A stretch of DNA of 64,000 nucleotides from a virus. The stretch's first letter is position 1. Each line of letters begins with the position of its first letter. The translations under genes and the position numbers were made by a program. Below are positions 54,577 through 63,147 of this stretch, piece after piece. Under the pieces are notes generated by a model. The model had not been told where the DNA came from, searched no databases, and saw nothing but the letters and a program-made list of their open reading frames with translations. The DNA lies in the IMG/VR virus record IMGVR_UViG_3300032893_000001, positions 1-64,000 of that record. One strand, given 5' to 3'.

Positions 54577-55001
54577 ACAAGAAGCAACTCGACCAGCGCA
54601 TCGCAGCCGTGACGAACTACTCCACGCAGGAAGTTGCGGCGATCACCTCGACGTTCTTGAGGCTGATCGTCCACGACCTCCTGCGTGGAGAACGCGTCTA
54701 TCTGCCTACCCTCGGGAAGTTTCGAATGAAGGGCGAAGTCACCGCGTTGCGGGTATCCTTCTCTCGTTCGAAGAACTTCAAAAAGAACCTCCAGGAGCAC
54801 CTGGGGCAACACGGAGCGAGACCCATGCAGAAGTACGGCGTAGACGAGACCACGGGGCAGGACCAAGAGAAGCTCGAGAAGCGAGCTGCCCAGGGTTGCC
54901 CGATGTGCGGCGGCAAGGTGGAGAGGCAGGGCAACCTGTTGATTTGCTCGAGCTGCGGCACCCAGCCCTTCGAGGGCATCCCCGGCACCGGTAGCAAGTA
55001 G
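54573..55001 (+). CDS. HU/IHF-like protein fused to a C-terminal Zn ribbon
   Basis: MNKKQL...GERVYLPTLGKF...VSFSRSKNFK HU signature; CPMCG...CSSCG. Confidence 0.7.
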   Translation: MNKKQLDQRIAAVTNYSTQEVAAITSTFLRLIVHDLLRGERVYLPTLGKFRMKGEVTALRVSFSRSKNFKKNLQEHLGQHGARPMQKYGVDETTGQDQEKLEKRAAQGCPMCGGKVERQGNLLICSSCGTQPFEGIPGTGSK

Positions 55002-55021
55002 CTCGAGCGAGAAGGAACAAG
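54994..55021 (+). promoter_or_regulatory. Candidate phage promoter GCAA-N16-GGAACAAG
   Basis: Upstream of recA, followed by an 8-bp hairpin GACACCCC/GGGGTGTC (55031-55056). Confidence 0.5.
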
Positions 55022-55084
55022 ACTGCCGCAGACACCCCGCTACACCTGGGGGTGTCGAGCTGCGCTTTTGCCCAAAGGAAGATC

Positions 55085-56290
55085 ATGAGCAAGAAAGACG
55101 ACATCCTCGAGAAGAAGAAGCGCATCAACGCGCTCGTGAACAAGATCAACGCCAAGGCCAAGAACAAGGTCGTTTGCTTCGCCAGCGAAGTACCGAACCC
55201 CTACATCCTTCGCTACCCCACGGGGTGCATGCAGCTCGACATCGATCTTGGAGGCGGCTTCCCCGCCGGCGGCATGAGCGTCATCTCCGGACCGGACGGC
55301 GCCGGCAAAACGATGCTGCTCTACCGCACGATGGCGATGCACCAACGCATCTTCGGGAACGCGTCGGCGATCGCTCTCGCTCCCATCGAGTTCCTCCCCG
55401 ACTACTTCTTCATGCGCCACTGCGGCGTCGACATCGCCATTCCGGACGAGATGATCGACCAAGCGCAAGAGATCCGAGAAGGTCGAGGGCTTCCTCTCTA
55501 CACGAAGGAGGAGATCAAGTCCTTCAAGTCGCAGACCGGCGAGTTCTTCATCATCCGCGGGGACACCGGCGAGAAGGTGCTGGACATCATCCTCGACTGC
55601 TTCGCATCCAAGGAGTTCGGCATCATCGGCATCGACTCCATCAACTCCTTCCAAAGCGGCGCAGAAGCCGGAACGGAGAGCCTCGAGGACAACGTGCAAC
55701 AGGCTGCGAGCGCGAGCGTTCTCACGCGCTTCACCAAGCGGTACCACCCGTTGACGCTCGGAATCGAAGGCGTCAACCACACCGCGATCTTGGCCACGGG
55801 ACAAGTCCGCGCCAACCGTGACCGCGCCAACGCGCCGTCGGCGATGCAGAAGTACATCAAGCAGTACCAAGAGGTGATGCCCTGGGCGATTCGTCACGCT
55901 GCGCTGCTGCGTGTGCTCATCTGGCCGGGTGAGAAGCTCCGCCAGAAGAGCGGCGAGAACAAAGGCGAGCAGCTCGGACGCACGCTTCAGTGGGACATCA
56001 GCAAGGGCAAGGCGGGCACGCACGACGGCATTCGTGGAGAAGCCGACTTCACCTACGAGCGTCTCTTGGATGACTACCACACGATCGTCCAAGCCGGTGT
56101 CTCGCAAGGCGTCATCCGAGAAAAGGCGGGCATGCTGTCCGTCGTACGCAAGGAAGATGGAGCGATCCTGCGCGAGAAGATCCCCGGCGTCGATACCTTC
56201 GTCAAAGACTTGCAGTCGAACGTCGAGTTCGAACTCGCAGTTCGACAGGAGATCTTGGCGGCTGCGGGGCACCTGTGCACCTACCGCTGA
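55085..56290 (+). CDS. recA: RecA-like recombinase
   Basis: PTG...LDIDLGGGFPAG, GPDGAGKT, IGIDSI, GQVR; start ATG 55085 after AAGGA. Confidence 0.85.
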   Translation: MSKKDDILEKKKRINALVNKINAKAKNKVVCFASEVPNPYILRYPTGCMQLDIDLGGGFPAGGMSVISGPDGAGKTMLLYRTMAMHQRIFGNASAIALAPIEFLPDYFFMRHCGVDIAIPDEMIDQAQEIREGRGLPLYTKEEIKSFKSQTGEFFIIRGDTGEKVLDIILDCFASKEFGIIGIDSINSFQSGAEAGTESLEDNVQQAASASVLTRFTKRYHPLTLGIEGVNHTAILATGQVRANRDRANAPSAMQKYIKQYQEVMPWAIRHAALLRVLIWPGEKLRQKSGENKGEQLGRTLQWDISKGKAGTHDGIRGEADFTYERLLDDYHTIVQAGVSQGVIREKAGMLSVVRKEDGAILREKIPGVDTFVKDLQSNVEFELAVRQEILAAAGHLCTYR

Positions 56291-56769
56291 CCGTTCGGCT
56301 CGACAAGCAACCCGACGGCGTCTACGTGGACGTCGTCGGGGAGGGCGTCCAAGACCGCATCGGACCGTTCAACGTCAACGACCCGAGCCAACTTCTTCAG
56401 GCAGTGCTCTCCCGACCAGAACAAGAGGGGCTTGGCACACCGTCACGACGCATGCTGAAACGCGCGCGCCGCACCGAGAAGGGGATCGCGGAGGACGTCG
56501 GGGGCAAGCAACAAAAGAACTCCGGCGCACTGCCCTGGGCCAAAGGAGACGTTCGAAAGAAGGGAGAGCTCAGGATCGAGTCCAAGACCACGCGATCGAA
56601 GCAGTACACCGTCACACGACGGGAGCTCGACAAGATTCGTGGCGAGTGTGGCCTTGGCGAGAAGCCAGCCTTCGTCATCACGTTCGTCAACAGAGGCACC
56701 CTTCGAGAAGAAGACAAGTGGGTGCTCATCCCCTACGAGGACTGGCGTGCAACTCACAAAAATCGCTGA
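56275..56769 (+). CDS. PD-(D/E)xK nuclease, Holliday junction resolvase-like
   Basis: E...SGA...KGDV...IESKTT motif. Confidence 0.65.
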   Translation: MHLPLTVRLDKQPDGVYVDVVGEGVQDRIGPFNVNDPSQLLQAVLSRPEQEGLGTPSRRMLKRARRTEKGIAEDVGGKQQKNSGALPWAKGDVRKKGELRIESKTTRSKQYTVTRRELDKIRGECGLGEKPAFVITFVNRGTLREEDKWVLIPYEDWRATHKNR

Positions 56770-57553
56770 TCTTCAGCAGCCTGGCGTCGCTCTGATGGAA
56801 CAACAGGCGATGCAACTCGGACGGATCTTCGAGGACTTCCTCGAGAACTACCCGGACGACAGCCACACCCGAGCCGCAGGCATCCATGCATCCGAGCTCT
56901 GCACGTGCAAACGGCAGGTGGTCTACTCGCTCTTCAACACAGAGAAGAAGGGAGCAGTTCCACTGCCCTTCCGCAAGCGGTTCAACGTAGGTCATGCAAT
57001 CCACAGCATGCTCCAGAAGGACTTCGACCTGATGTCGAGGCACAGTCGAGGCAAGCTGCACTTCCAAGAAGAAGTGTCCGTCAACGACACTGAGATCGCC
57101 AAGCGGCTCTGCATCACGTCGAGCTGCGATGGCGTCTTCACCTTCTACGATGACACCGCATCCCCCATTCTTCGCGTCGGGCTCGAGATCAAGTCGGCTT
57201 CTCCCGACGACTTCGACAAGCTCAAGAAGCCGAAGGAGAAACATGTCGAGCAGGCGCACGTCTACATGGCGTGCCTCGACTTGCCGCTGATGTGGTTCTT
57301 GTACTGGAACAAGGGCAACCAGAACATGACGCCGTCGGTGACTCCGTTCCTCATTCGCTTCAACGAGAGGCTGTGGGGCAGTCTCGAGCAGCGCGCGAAA
57401 GAGTGCCTCGAGATGGCGGACAAGGAGGAGCTACCCGAAAGAGAGGAAGGGCAGCACTGCCGGTGGTGCAAGTACGCCTGGACGTGCAACCCGACAACCG
57501 TGACACCGCAACGACAGAACAGGCGGCCGCAACCGATTCTCGGCCGCAGATAG
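56747..57553 (+). CDS. Cas4-like PD-(D/E)xK exonuclease with Fe-S cysteines
   Basis: ASELCTCKR, GHAIH, CDG, EIKS, QAHVYM, CRWCKYAWTC; GTG 56747 after GAGGA. Confidence 0.8.
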   Translation: MQLTKIADLQQPGVALMEQQAMQLGRIFEDFLENYPDDSHTRAAGIHASELCTCKRQVVYSLFNTEKKGAVPLPFRKRFNVGHAIHSMLQKDFDLMSRHSRGKLHFQEEVSVNDTEIAKRLCITSSCDGVFTFYDDTASPILRVGLEIKSASPDDFDKLKKPKEKHVEQAHVYMACLDLPLMWFLYWNKGNQNMTPSVTPFLIRFNERLWGSLEQRAKECLEMADKEELPEREEGQHCRWCKYAWTCNPTTVTPQRQNRRPQPILGRR

Positions 57554-57562
57554 AGAGGAGAG

Positions 57563-58690
57563 ATGCAACAGATGGCGATGTTCGAAGCAGACGCATCCGC
57601 GTTCACGCAGGGTCCGGTTCCTGCCATTCCGTCCAAGGGGCGCGCGCGCCTCGAGGAGATCATCACACGTGGGCGCAGCCGCGCCGCAAAGGTGATGGAG
57701 TACGTCGAAACTCTCCAGCCCGTCGACAAGCTGGTGAAGGTCAACAAGCTCGAGTTCGAGCTCGCGACCAAGAAGACCGGGGACAGGCTGCAAATGCTCC
57801 TGCCGGACGACACGGCGGTCACGCTTCACCGCAATGCTCTCGGACAGGCCGCCGAGCGCGCCAAGATTCCGATGGTGTTCGTGAACCACCTGATGGAGAA
57901 GGGGAGCTGGGGGATCGAGCTCCTCGCATCAAACTTCAACGAGCTCCTCGGGCACGTCGACGAGAAGGCGCTCGTGCGAATCGTCAACGACGACGCACGG
58001 GGCTTCCTCTCGGATCGGTACCGCCGCCTCGACTCACGCCCGCTGGTCGACGCGTTCGCGCGCTCCTGCGCGAAGGTCGGCGCGTTGCCCTACGAGGGGT
58101 ATGTCACCGACACGAAGGTCAGCATCCAGGCACTCATCCCGAAGGTCTACGAGCCGGTGGCCGGGGAGATCATGGCGTACGGCGCGACCTTCGAGAACAG
58201 CGACTTCGGCAACGGGGCGCTGAACGTCAGCTTCTTCCTGCTCCGCCTCGTTTGCCTCAACGGCATGATCGGCGAGACCAGCATGCGTCAGGTCCATCTC
58301 GGCAAGCGCCTCACCGAGGACGTCGACTGGTCCGTGCGCACGCAGAAGCTCGACATGAAGACCGTTCTCTCCGGCGTCGAGGACATGGTCATCGGACAGC
58401 TCGCCGAATCCCGCATCGAAGAGATGCAAGCGCACGTTCGCAAAGCGCACGAGAGGAAGCTCGACGACGCGAGTCGCAAGAGCGTCCTCGACATGCTCAA
58501 GCGCTTCATGAACAAGGGAGAGCTCGACAAAGCGATCTCCAAGTTCAACGAGCCGGACGTCGAGCTGCTGCCGCCGGGGAACACCATGTGGCGCATGTCG
58601 AACGCCATCTCATGGCTCGCGGGTGAGACGGAAGACGAAGAGCGCAAGCTCGAGCTCCAGCGGTTGGCAGGCAAAGTCCTACCGTCGTGA
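57563..58690 (+). CDS. DUF932-like protein
   Basis: RGFLSDRYRRLD, NSDFGNGAL, RLVCLNGM, RQVHLG motifs. Confidence 0.7.
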   Translation: MQQMAMFEADASAFTQGPVPAIPSKGRARLEEIITRGRSRAAKVMEYVETLQPVDKLVKVNKLEFELATKKTGDRLQMLLPDDTAVTLHRNALGQAAERAKIPMVFVNHLMEKGSWGIELLASNFNELLGHVDEKALVRIVNDDARGFLSDRYRRLDSRPLVDAFARSCAKVGALPYEGYVTDTKVSIQALIPKVYEPVAGEIMAYGATFENSDFGNGALNVSFFLLRLVCLNGMIGETSMRQVHLGKRLTEDVDWSVRTQKLDMKTVLSGVEDMVIGQLAESRIEEMQAHVRKAHERKLDDASRKSVLDMLKRFMNKGELDKAISKFNEPDVELLPPGNTMWRMSNAISWLAGETEDEERKLELQRLAGKVLPS

Positions 58691-59148
58691 ACGTCCCAGC
58701 ACTACACGAAGTACTTCACCGCCAGGCCCGCGCAGACGAACGGGCCTGGCGTCAAATCGAACGGAGAATGAACATGATGATGAGCAACGATGGAATGGCA
58801 GGAGTGACGGTCAAGAAGGACGAGCTCCTCACCGTGCTGAAGAAAAACCGCGACGAGCATCGCAACATCTTCCTCGACGCTCAGAAGGGCTACCGCGAAG
58901 ACGCCATCAAGGAGCTCGATCGCATGCTCGCAGAAGCGCGGGATGGCAAAGCGATCCGTCGGCAGATCGTCCTCGTCGAACCGCAGGACCACACCAAGGA
59001 CTACGATCGTGTGATCCGCATGCTGGAGATGTGCACCAAAGACGAGATCTTCATCTCCGAGAGCGAGTTCGCGCAGTACGTTCAAGACGACTGGGGCTGG
59101 AAGCAGCAGTTCACGGCGTCGACGTCTGGGTACACGGGCCGACGATGA
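58687..59148 (+). CDS. Hypothetical protein
   Basis: Coupled ORF; the start may instead be an ATG near 58768. Confidence 0.65.
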   Translation: MNVPALHEVLHRQARADERAWRQIERRMNMMMSNDGMAGVTVKKDELLTVLKKNRDEHRNIFLDAQKGYREDAIKELDRMLAEARDGKAIRRQIVLVEPQDHTKDYDRVIRMLEMCTKDEIFISESEFAQYVQDDWGWKQQFTASTSGYTGRR

Positions 59149-60284
59149 TCATCGGACTCTGCGGCCAAGCGGGCAGCGGAAAGGACACGGTCGCGGACTT
59201 CTTGGTCCGCGACCATAGCTTCGTGAAGGTCGCGCTTGCGGACCCGCTCAAGCGGATCTGCAAGGACGTCTTCGCCTTCACCGACGAGCAGCTCTGGGGG
59301 CCGAGCGCGGAGAGGAACAAGCCGGACAAGAGGTATCCGCGCTCCGACCGCTTCACGTACCCTACGGCGCCTCCTCGTTCGATCTGGTTGCCCATCGACG
59401 ATGCGCACACTCTCATCGACGAGGATGACCTCGCCGTCGTGCTGGAGCACAAGTGGTGCATCAACCGCAAGGAACAAGGTAAGCGCACGGCGTACGTACG
59501 TCGAACCACCGACTCGCTAAAGCTCCATCAGTTGATCATGGGGGAGGCCCCAGAAGGCATGGTCATCGACCACGTCAACGGAGACGGGCTCGATAACCGA
59601 CGCAAGAACCTGCGCTACTGCACGCACGCAGAGAACCATGCGAACGAGGAGAAACGACGAGGCGGGACGTCCGTCTTCAAGGGGGTCGGCCTCGACACCG
59701 ATCGGAACAAGTGGAGCGCCAAGCTCACGGCCTTCGGTAAGACGAAGAACCTGGGGCGCTTCGATACCGAAGAGGAGGCTGCCGTGGCTTACGATACGGA
59801 AGCCAGAAAGGTCTTCGGGGACTTCGCCCGATTGAACAGCGAGATGTTCCTCACACCGAGGTACGCCTTGCAGCAACTTGGGACGGAGTACGGACGGAAC
59901 TGCTACCCGAACGTGTGGGTCGACTACGCCTTGCGCGTGGCGCGCATCCTCAAGGACGGGGGCTTCTACTACGACGCGAAGTCCGGCGTGCGCTTCCTGT
60001 CGCAGTTCGAGTCGCAATTGGACTGGGTGAAGCCGAAGACGGACGTCGTCATCTCCGACGTTCGCTTCCTCAACGAGATCGACGCCATCCGTGCAGCAGG
60101 CGGCATCGTCTGGAAGATCAACCGCCCCGGTGCTGGTCTTCAGGGAGCGTCCGCTCAGCACGCCAGTGAGACTGAACAACTCCTGATTCCTCCGGAGAAG
60201 TTCTACTCCGTGATCGACAACAACGCGACGCTCGATGACCTGCGCAGCCTCGTCGGGCTCGTACTCGAAAGGAGCAGGAGATGA
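59145..60284 (+). CDS. Deoxynucleoside monophosphate kinase interrupted in frame by an HNH-AP2 endonuclease
   Basis: IIGLCGQAGSGKDT, ADPLK...TPRYALQQLGTE, ISDVRFLNE, HASE kinase motifs flanking HNH and AP2 motifs. Confidence 0.85.
   Translation: MIIGLCGQAGSGKDTVADFLVRDHSFVKVALADPLKRICKDVFAFTDEQLWGPSAERNKPDKRYPRSDRFTYPTAPPRSIWLPIDDAHTLIDEDDLAVVLEHKWCINRKEQGKRTAYVRRTTDSLKLHQLIMGEAPEGMVIDHVNGDGLDNRRKNLRYCTHAENHANEEKRRGGTSVFKGVGLDTDRNKWSAKLTAFGKTKNLGRFDTEEEAAVAYDTEARKVFGDFARLNSEMFLTPRYALQQLGTEYGRNCYPNVWVDYALRVARILKDGGFYYDAKSGVRFLSQFESQLDWVKPKTDVVISDVRFLNEIDAIRAAGGIVWKINRPGAGLQGASAQHASETEQLLIPPEKFYSVIDNNATLDDLRSLVGLVLERSRR
59343..59846 (+). mobile_element. In-frame HNH-AP2 homing endonuclease insertion
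   Basis: LHQLIM...IDHVNGDGLDNRRKNLR (HNH) followed by SVFKGV...KWSA...LGRFDTEEEAAVAYD...FARLN (AP2). Boundaries approximate. Confidence 0.8.
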
Positions 60285-60910
60285 CGCAGGAGCGAACGCC
60301 GGTGAACAACGGGGGTGGTCTTCAGATCACCCTCGGCGTGGGCGCACCGCAGTCGAAGCTCGACAAGATCGCGGACACCTTCGCCACGCAGACCGCAATC
60401 GAAGAGGAGCTCGTCAAGATGGGAGTCACGGACCAGCCCAAACCCAACTTCGAGCTCCCCGTCATCACGCGGGAGAACCTGACCACGACGAACAGCAAGG
60501 AGTACACGGACCTGTACGCCAAGCAGCTTGCGTGGTTCAACTACCTGACGCCCATCTTCGCAAGCGTCGAGGTAGCTCTCCTCGAGGCGAAGAACACGTT
60601 CGATCTCACCGAGGCCGCCATCAAGGACGGTCTCTACGAAGAGAACAAGCTCCTGTCGAAGGCCGAGAAGCTCACCAGCGACGAGCTGAAGAACAAGGTT
60701 CTCGTTCATCCATCGTACCAAGAAGCACTTCTCCAGGTGCAGCGGATGACCCAATACAAGATGCGCTTGAAAGCGATGCTCGAGATCGCTGACAGGAACA
60801 TGACAGTCATCTCACGACAAGTGGAGATCCGCCGGCAAGAGATCGAAGGAGGCGTGCACGAAAACAACATGCCCCGGCGCGGCCGACGGTTTCAGCCAAT
60901 CACGAGGTAA
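60281..60910 (+). CDS. Coiled-coil protein, possible recombination mediator
   Basis: 209 aa, helical; weak UvsY-like impression only. Confidence 0.5.
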   Translation: MTQERTPVNNGGGLQITLGVGAPQSKLDKIADTFATQTAIEEELVKMGVTDQPKPNFELPVITRENLTTTNSKEYTDLYAKQLAWFNYLTPIFASVEVALLEAKNTFDLTEAAIKDGLYEENKLLSKAEKLTSDELKNKVLVHPSYQEALLQVQRMTQYKMRLKAMLEIADRNMTVISRQVEIRRQEIEGGVHENNMPRRGRRFQPITR

Positions 60911-60912
60911 GC

Positions 60913-61347
60913 ATGATCCACATGAGGATTCCGGGGCTGCCCCCATCTGCCAACCACGCGTACTTCAATCGAGCGGGCGGCGGGCGGTCCCTAACGAAGG
61001 AGGGACAGAAGTACAAGAACGAAACGGTCTCGTACATAGCACGCAGCTACCCGCTCATGATCGCCAAGGTCCGACAAAACGAACCGTACGTGGTGTACTT
61101 CCGTCTGCACTTCGACCGTCTCGAAACGAAGGACTGGCCAAAGAAGACGAAAAACAGGTACAAGACTCTCGACGCCAGCAACCGCATCAAGCTGCTGGAG
61201 GACTGCGTGAAGGATGCCTGTGGCATCGACGATTCGCAGCACATGATCGTCATCGTCGAGAAGCGACAGGGTCCGCCTTTGACCGAGGTGTTCCTCTGGA
61301 ACACGCAAGAGGAGGTACCACCGATTGGAGAACTACTCGCCCTCTAG
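60913..61347 (+). CDS. rusA: RusA-like Holliday junction resolvase
   Basis: LPPSANH, DASNRIKLLED, GIDDS. Confidence 0.8.
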   Translation: MIHMRIPGLPPSANHAYFNRAGGGRSLTKEGQKYKNETVSYIARSYPLMIAKVRQNEPYVVYFRLHFDRLETKDWPKKTKNRYKTLDASNRIKLLEDCVKDACGIDDSQHMIVIVEKRQGPPLTEVFLWNTQEEVPPIGELLAL

Positions 61348-61705
61348 CTGGGAGAAGTGCAACCACACCGAGCTGCTCCAGGTGTGCCAGCGAGCAGGTA
61401 TTCCTGTCGTGCCGACGTACTCGAAGGAGCAGCTCATCGCTCTACTCGAAGGACTCGAGGAGCCCCAGCAAGACCAGTTCAACGACTTCATCGTCAACAT
61501 GTGGCGAGACGCCATCATGGCGTTCGTCATCGAGTACTGGGCAAGGCTTCGAAGTCAGCTCGTCTGCCCCGCAAAGACGGGTGACCCACGTGCCTGCTAC
61601 GGGTGCGTGGACGCACAAGTCTATGCGTGTCTGGTCGAGAACGAGCAGATGCAACCATTCATCAAAAAGCAGTTGATCGAACTCAAGAGGAAGAAAACGA
61701 CATGA
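61325..61705 (+). CDS. Hypothetical protein with helix-extension-helix-like N-terminus and Cys cluster
   Basis: ELLQVCQRAGI...SKEQLIALL; CPAK...CYGC...C. Confidence 0.6.
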   Translation: MENYSPSSWEKCNHTELLQVCQRAGIPVVPTYSKEQLIALLEGLEEPQQDQFNDFIVNMWRDAIMAFVIEYWARLRSQLVCPAKTGDPRACYGCVDAQVYACLVENEQMQPFIKKQLIELKRKKTT

Positions 61706-62424
61706 CCAGCCCCATCGCTTCGCTGACCCCGCAGAACGCTCCCCGTGACGTCGTGCTTCTCACGCGCGCCGGCCGCTTCGCTCTGCGCAACCTCGCACGC
61801 GCCCTCGGCTTGACGAACAGCGACGACCAGAACGTCGCCTTCATGGGAATGCCGACGGAGAAGCAGGCCGAGGAGATTCTCAAGGCGCTCCAGAACTTCG
61901 ACCGTGCCGGTGGCACTCCCGAGGCACCCGCGGCCGCGCCCCAGCCGACGTTCACGCCTCCGGCGCACGTCAACGGCGCCACTGCCCCGATGATGCCGGC
62001 AGCAATGGTGCCCGCGGCAGCCGCTCCGGCCCCGACGGCAGCAGCTCCGTCCGAAGGCAAGCGCCAGCTTCGTCGCACGCCGCAGAACAACGGGGCACCC
62101 GCCGCGGCCGCTCCGGCCCCGGCTCCTCAACCCGCAGCCCCTGTCCCGACGGTTGCCGCGAGCGTCGACCTGACGCCCGTGCTGACGGCCATCGGCAACC
62201 TCGAGGCCAAGGTCGCCAAGTCCGCCAAGGACGACAAGCGGGAGATCTTGGACGAGCTCGAGTTCCTCCGCAACCAGGTCGCCGTCTGCATGGGGCTGGT
62301 CGTCGTCGGGCTCCAGCAGAACATCGAAGCGTCGACGCAGGACTTGCTCGCCGCTGCGCTCGAGGAGGCTCCTGGCATTCAGGACGCCCTGGTGGCCATG
62401 GGAAAAGCCAAGAAGAAGGGGTGA
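61702..62424 (+). CDS. Pro/Ala-rich linker protein
   Basis: ATGA-coupled start MTSPIAS; strong codon bias. Confidence 0.7.
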   Translation: MTSPIASLTPQNAPRDVVLLTRAGRFALRNLARALGLTNSDDQNVAFMGMPTEKQAEEILKALQNFDRAGGTPEAPAAAPQPTFTPPAHVNGATAPMMPAAMVPAAAAPAPTAAAPSEGKRQLRRTPQNNGAPAAAAPAPAPQPAAPVPTVAASVDLTPVLTAIGNLEAKVAKSAKDDKREILDELEFLRNQVAVCMGLVVVGLQQNIEASTQDLLAAALEEAPGIQDALVAMGKAKKKG

Positions 62425-62475
62425 GCGTTCCGCCGTGGCCTGGTGCCCGGTGGCCGCGCCCCGATGACTTCGGAT

Positions 62476-62517
62476 GAAGGGTGGCCAGGTACCGCGAGGT
62501 ACCTGGCCTTCTTCTTT
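62476..62517 (+). terminator. Intrinsic terminator
   Basis: GGCCAGGTACC-GCGA-GGTACCTGGCC followed by TTCTTCTTT. Confidence 0.7.
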
Positions 62518-62525
62518 GGAGGCGA

Positions 62526-63122
62526 ATGGACACACTCGAATGGTTCAAGAACCTGTGCCGCTACAACGACGGCACCAAAGCACCTCGTGAGCCGCTCTCC
62601 GTTCTGATGAGTGACGGAGACGTCTACACCTTCGGCACGGACTTGTGCTCGATCGTGGTGGCTCATTCTCTTCCCGGAATCGAAAGCGCGCACACGTTCG
62701 AGACAGCGAGCACGACCGAGCCGTTTCAGAAGATTCTCGAGGTCGTACGTGCTGCCCAAGAGCAGAGCAAAGAAGTCGGAGTTCTCGACGCGCTGCTTTT
62801 GAAAGAGATCGTGGGGGAGCCTACGTGGACCAAGGAGGAGGTCGAGGCCATCTGGGAAAAGGAGCAACCGAACGTCTGCATCGGGGACAGCTACTACACG
62901 GTGCCCGTACTCGCGCGAACGTTGGCCGGATGGCAAGAACCCCTGGCGAAGGTCTACCAAGCGCCTGCGTTCTTCATGCGCGAAGGAGGACGAGACGACC
63001 TCCTCATGATTTGCGGCAGCAACTTGCTCGCGCTCTGCGCGCCGTACTGGAAGAGCGATGAGCAGACCAAGCTGCTTACGGTCGAGCTCCCCGAGGGCTG
63101 GTTCGTGCCGAAGAAGGGGTGA
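62526..63122 (+). CDS. Hypothetical protein
   Basis: ATG 62526 after GGAGG. Confidence 0.65.
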   Translation: MDTLEWFKNLCRYNDGTKAPREPLSVLMSDGDVYTFGTDLCSIVVAHSLPGIESAHTFETASTTEPFQKILEVVRAAQEQSKEVGVLDALLLKEIVGEPTWTKEEVEAIWEKEQPNVCIGDSYYTVPVLARTLAGWQEPLAKVYQAPAFFMREGGRDDLLMICGSNLLALCAPYWKSDEQTKLLTVELPEGWFVPKKG

Positions 63123-63135
63123 CCCCCTTCTTTTT
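63111..63135 (+). terminator. Intrinsic terminator
   Basis: AAGAAGGGG-TGAC-CCCCTTCTT followed by TTT. Confidence 0.75.
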
Positions 63136-63147
63136 AGCCCCCGGCGC

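Noticed and set aside
56747-57553. CRISPR-Cas system
   Set aside because: Solo Cas4-like nuclease in a recombination operon; no cas1/cas2 and no repeat-spacer array seen.
59343-59846. Canonical intein or group I intron in the dNMP kinase
   Set aside because: No Hint block A/B/F/G motifs (no terminal His-Asn) and no non-coding flanks able to form an intron core.
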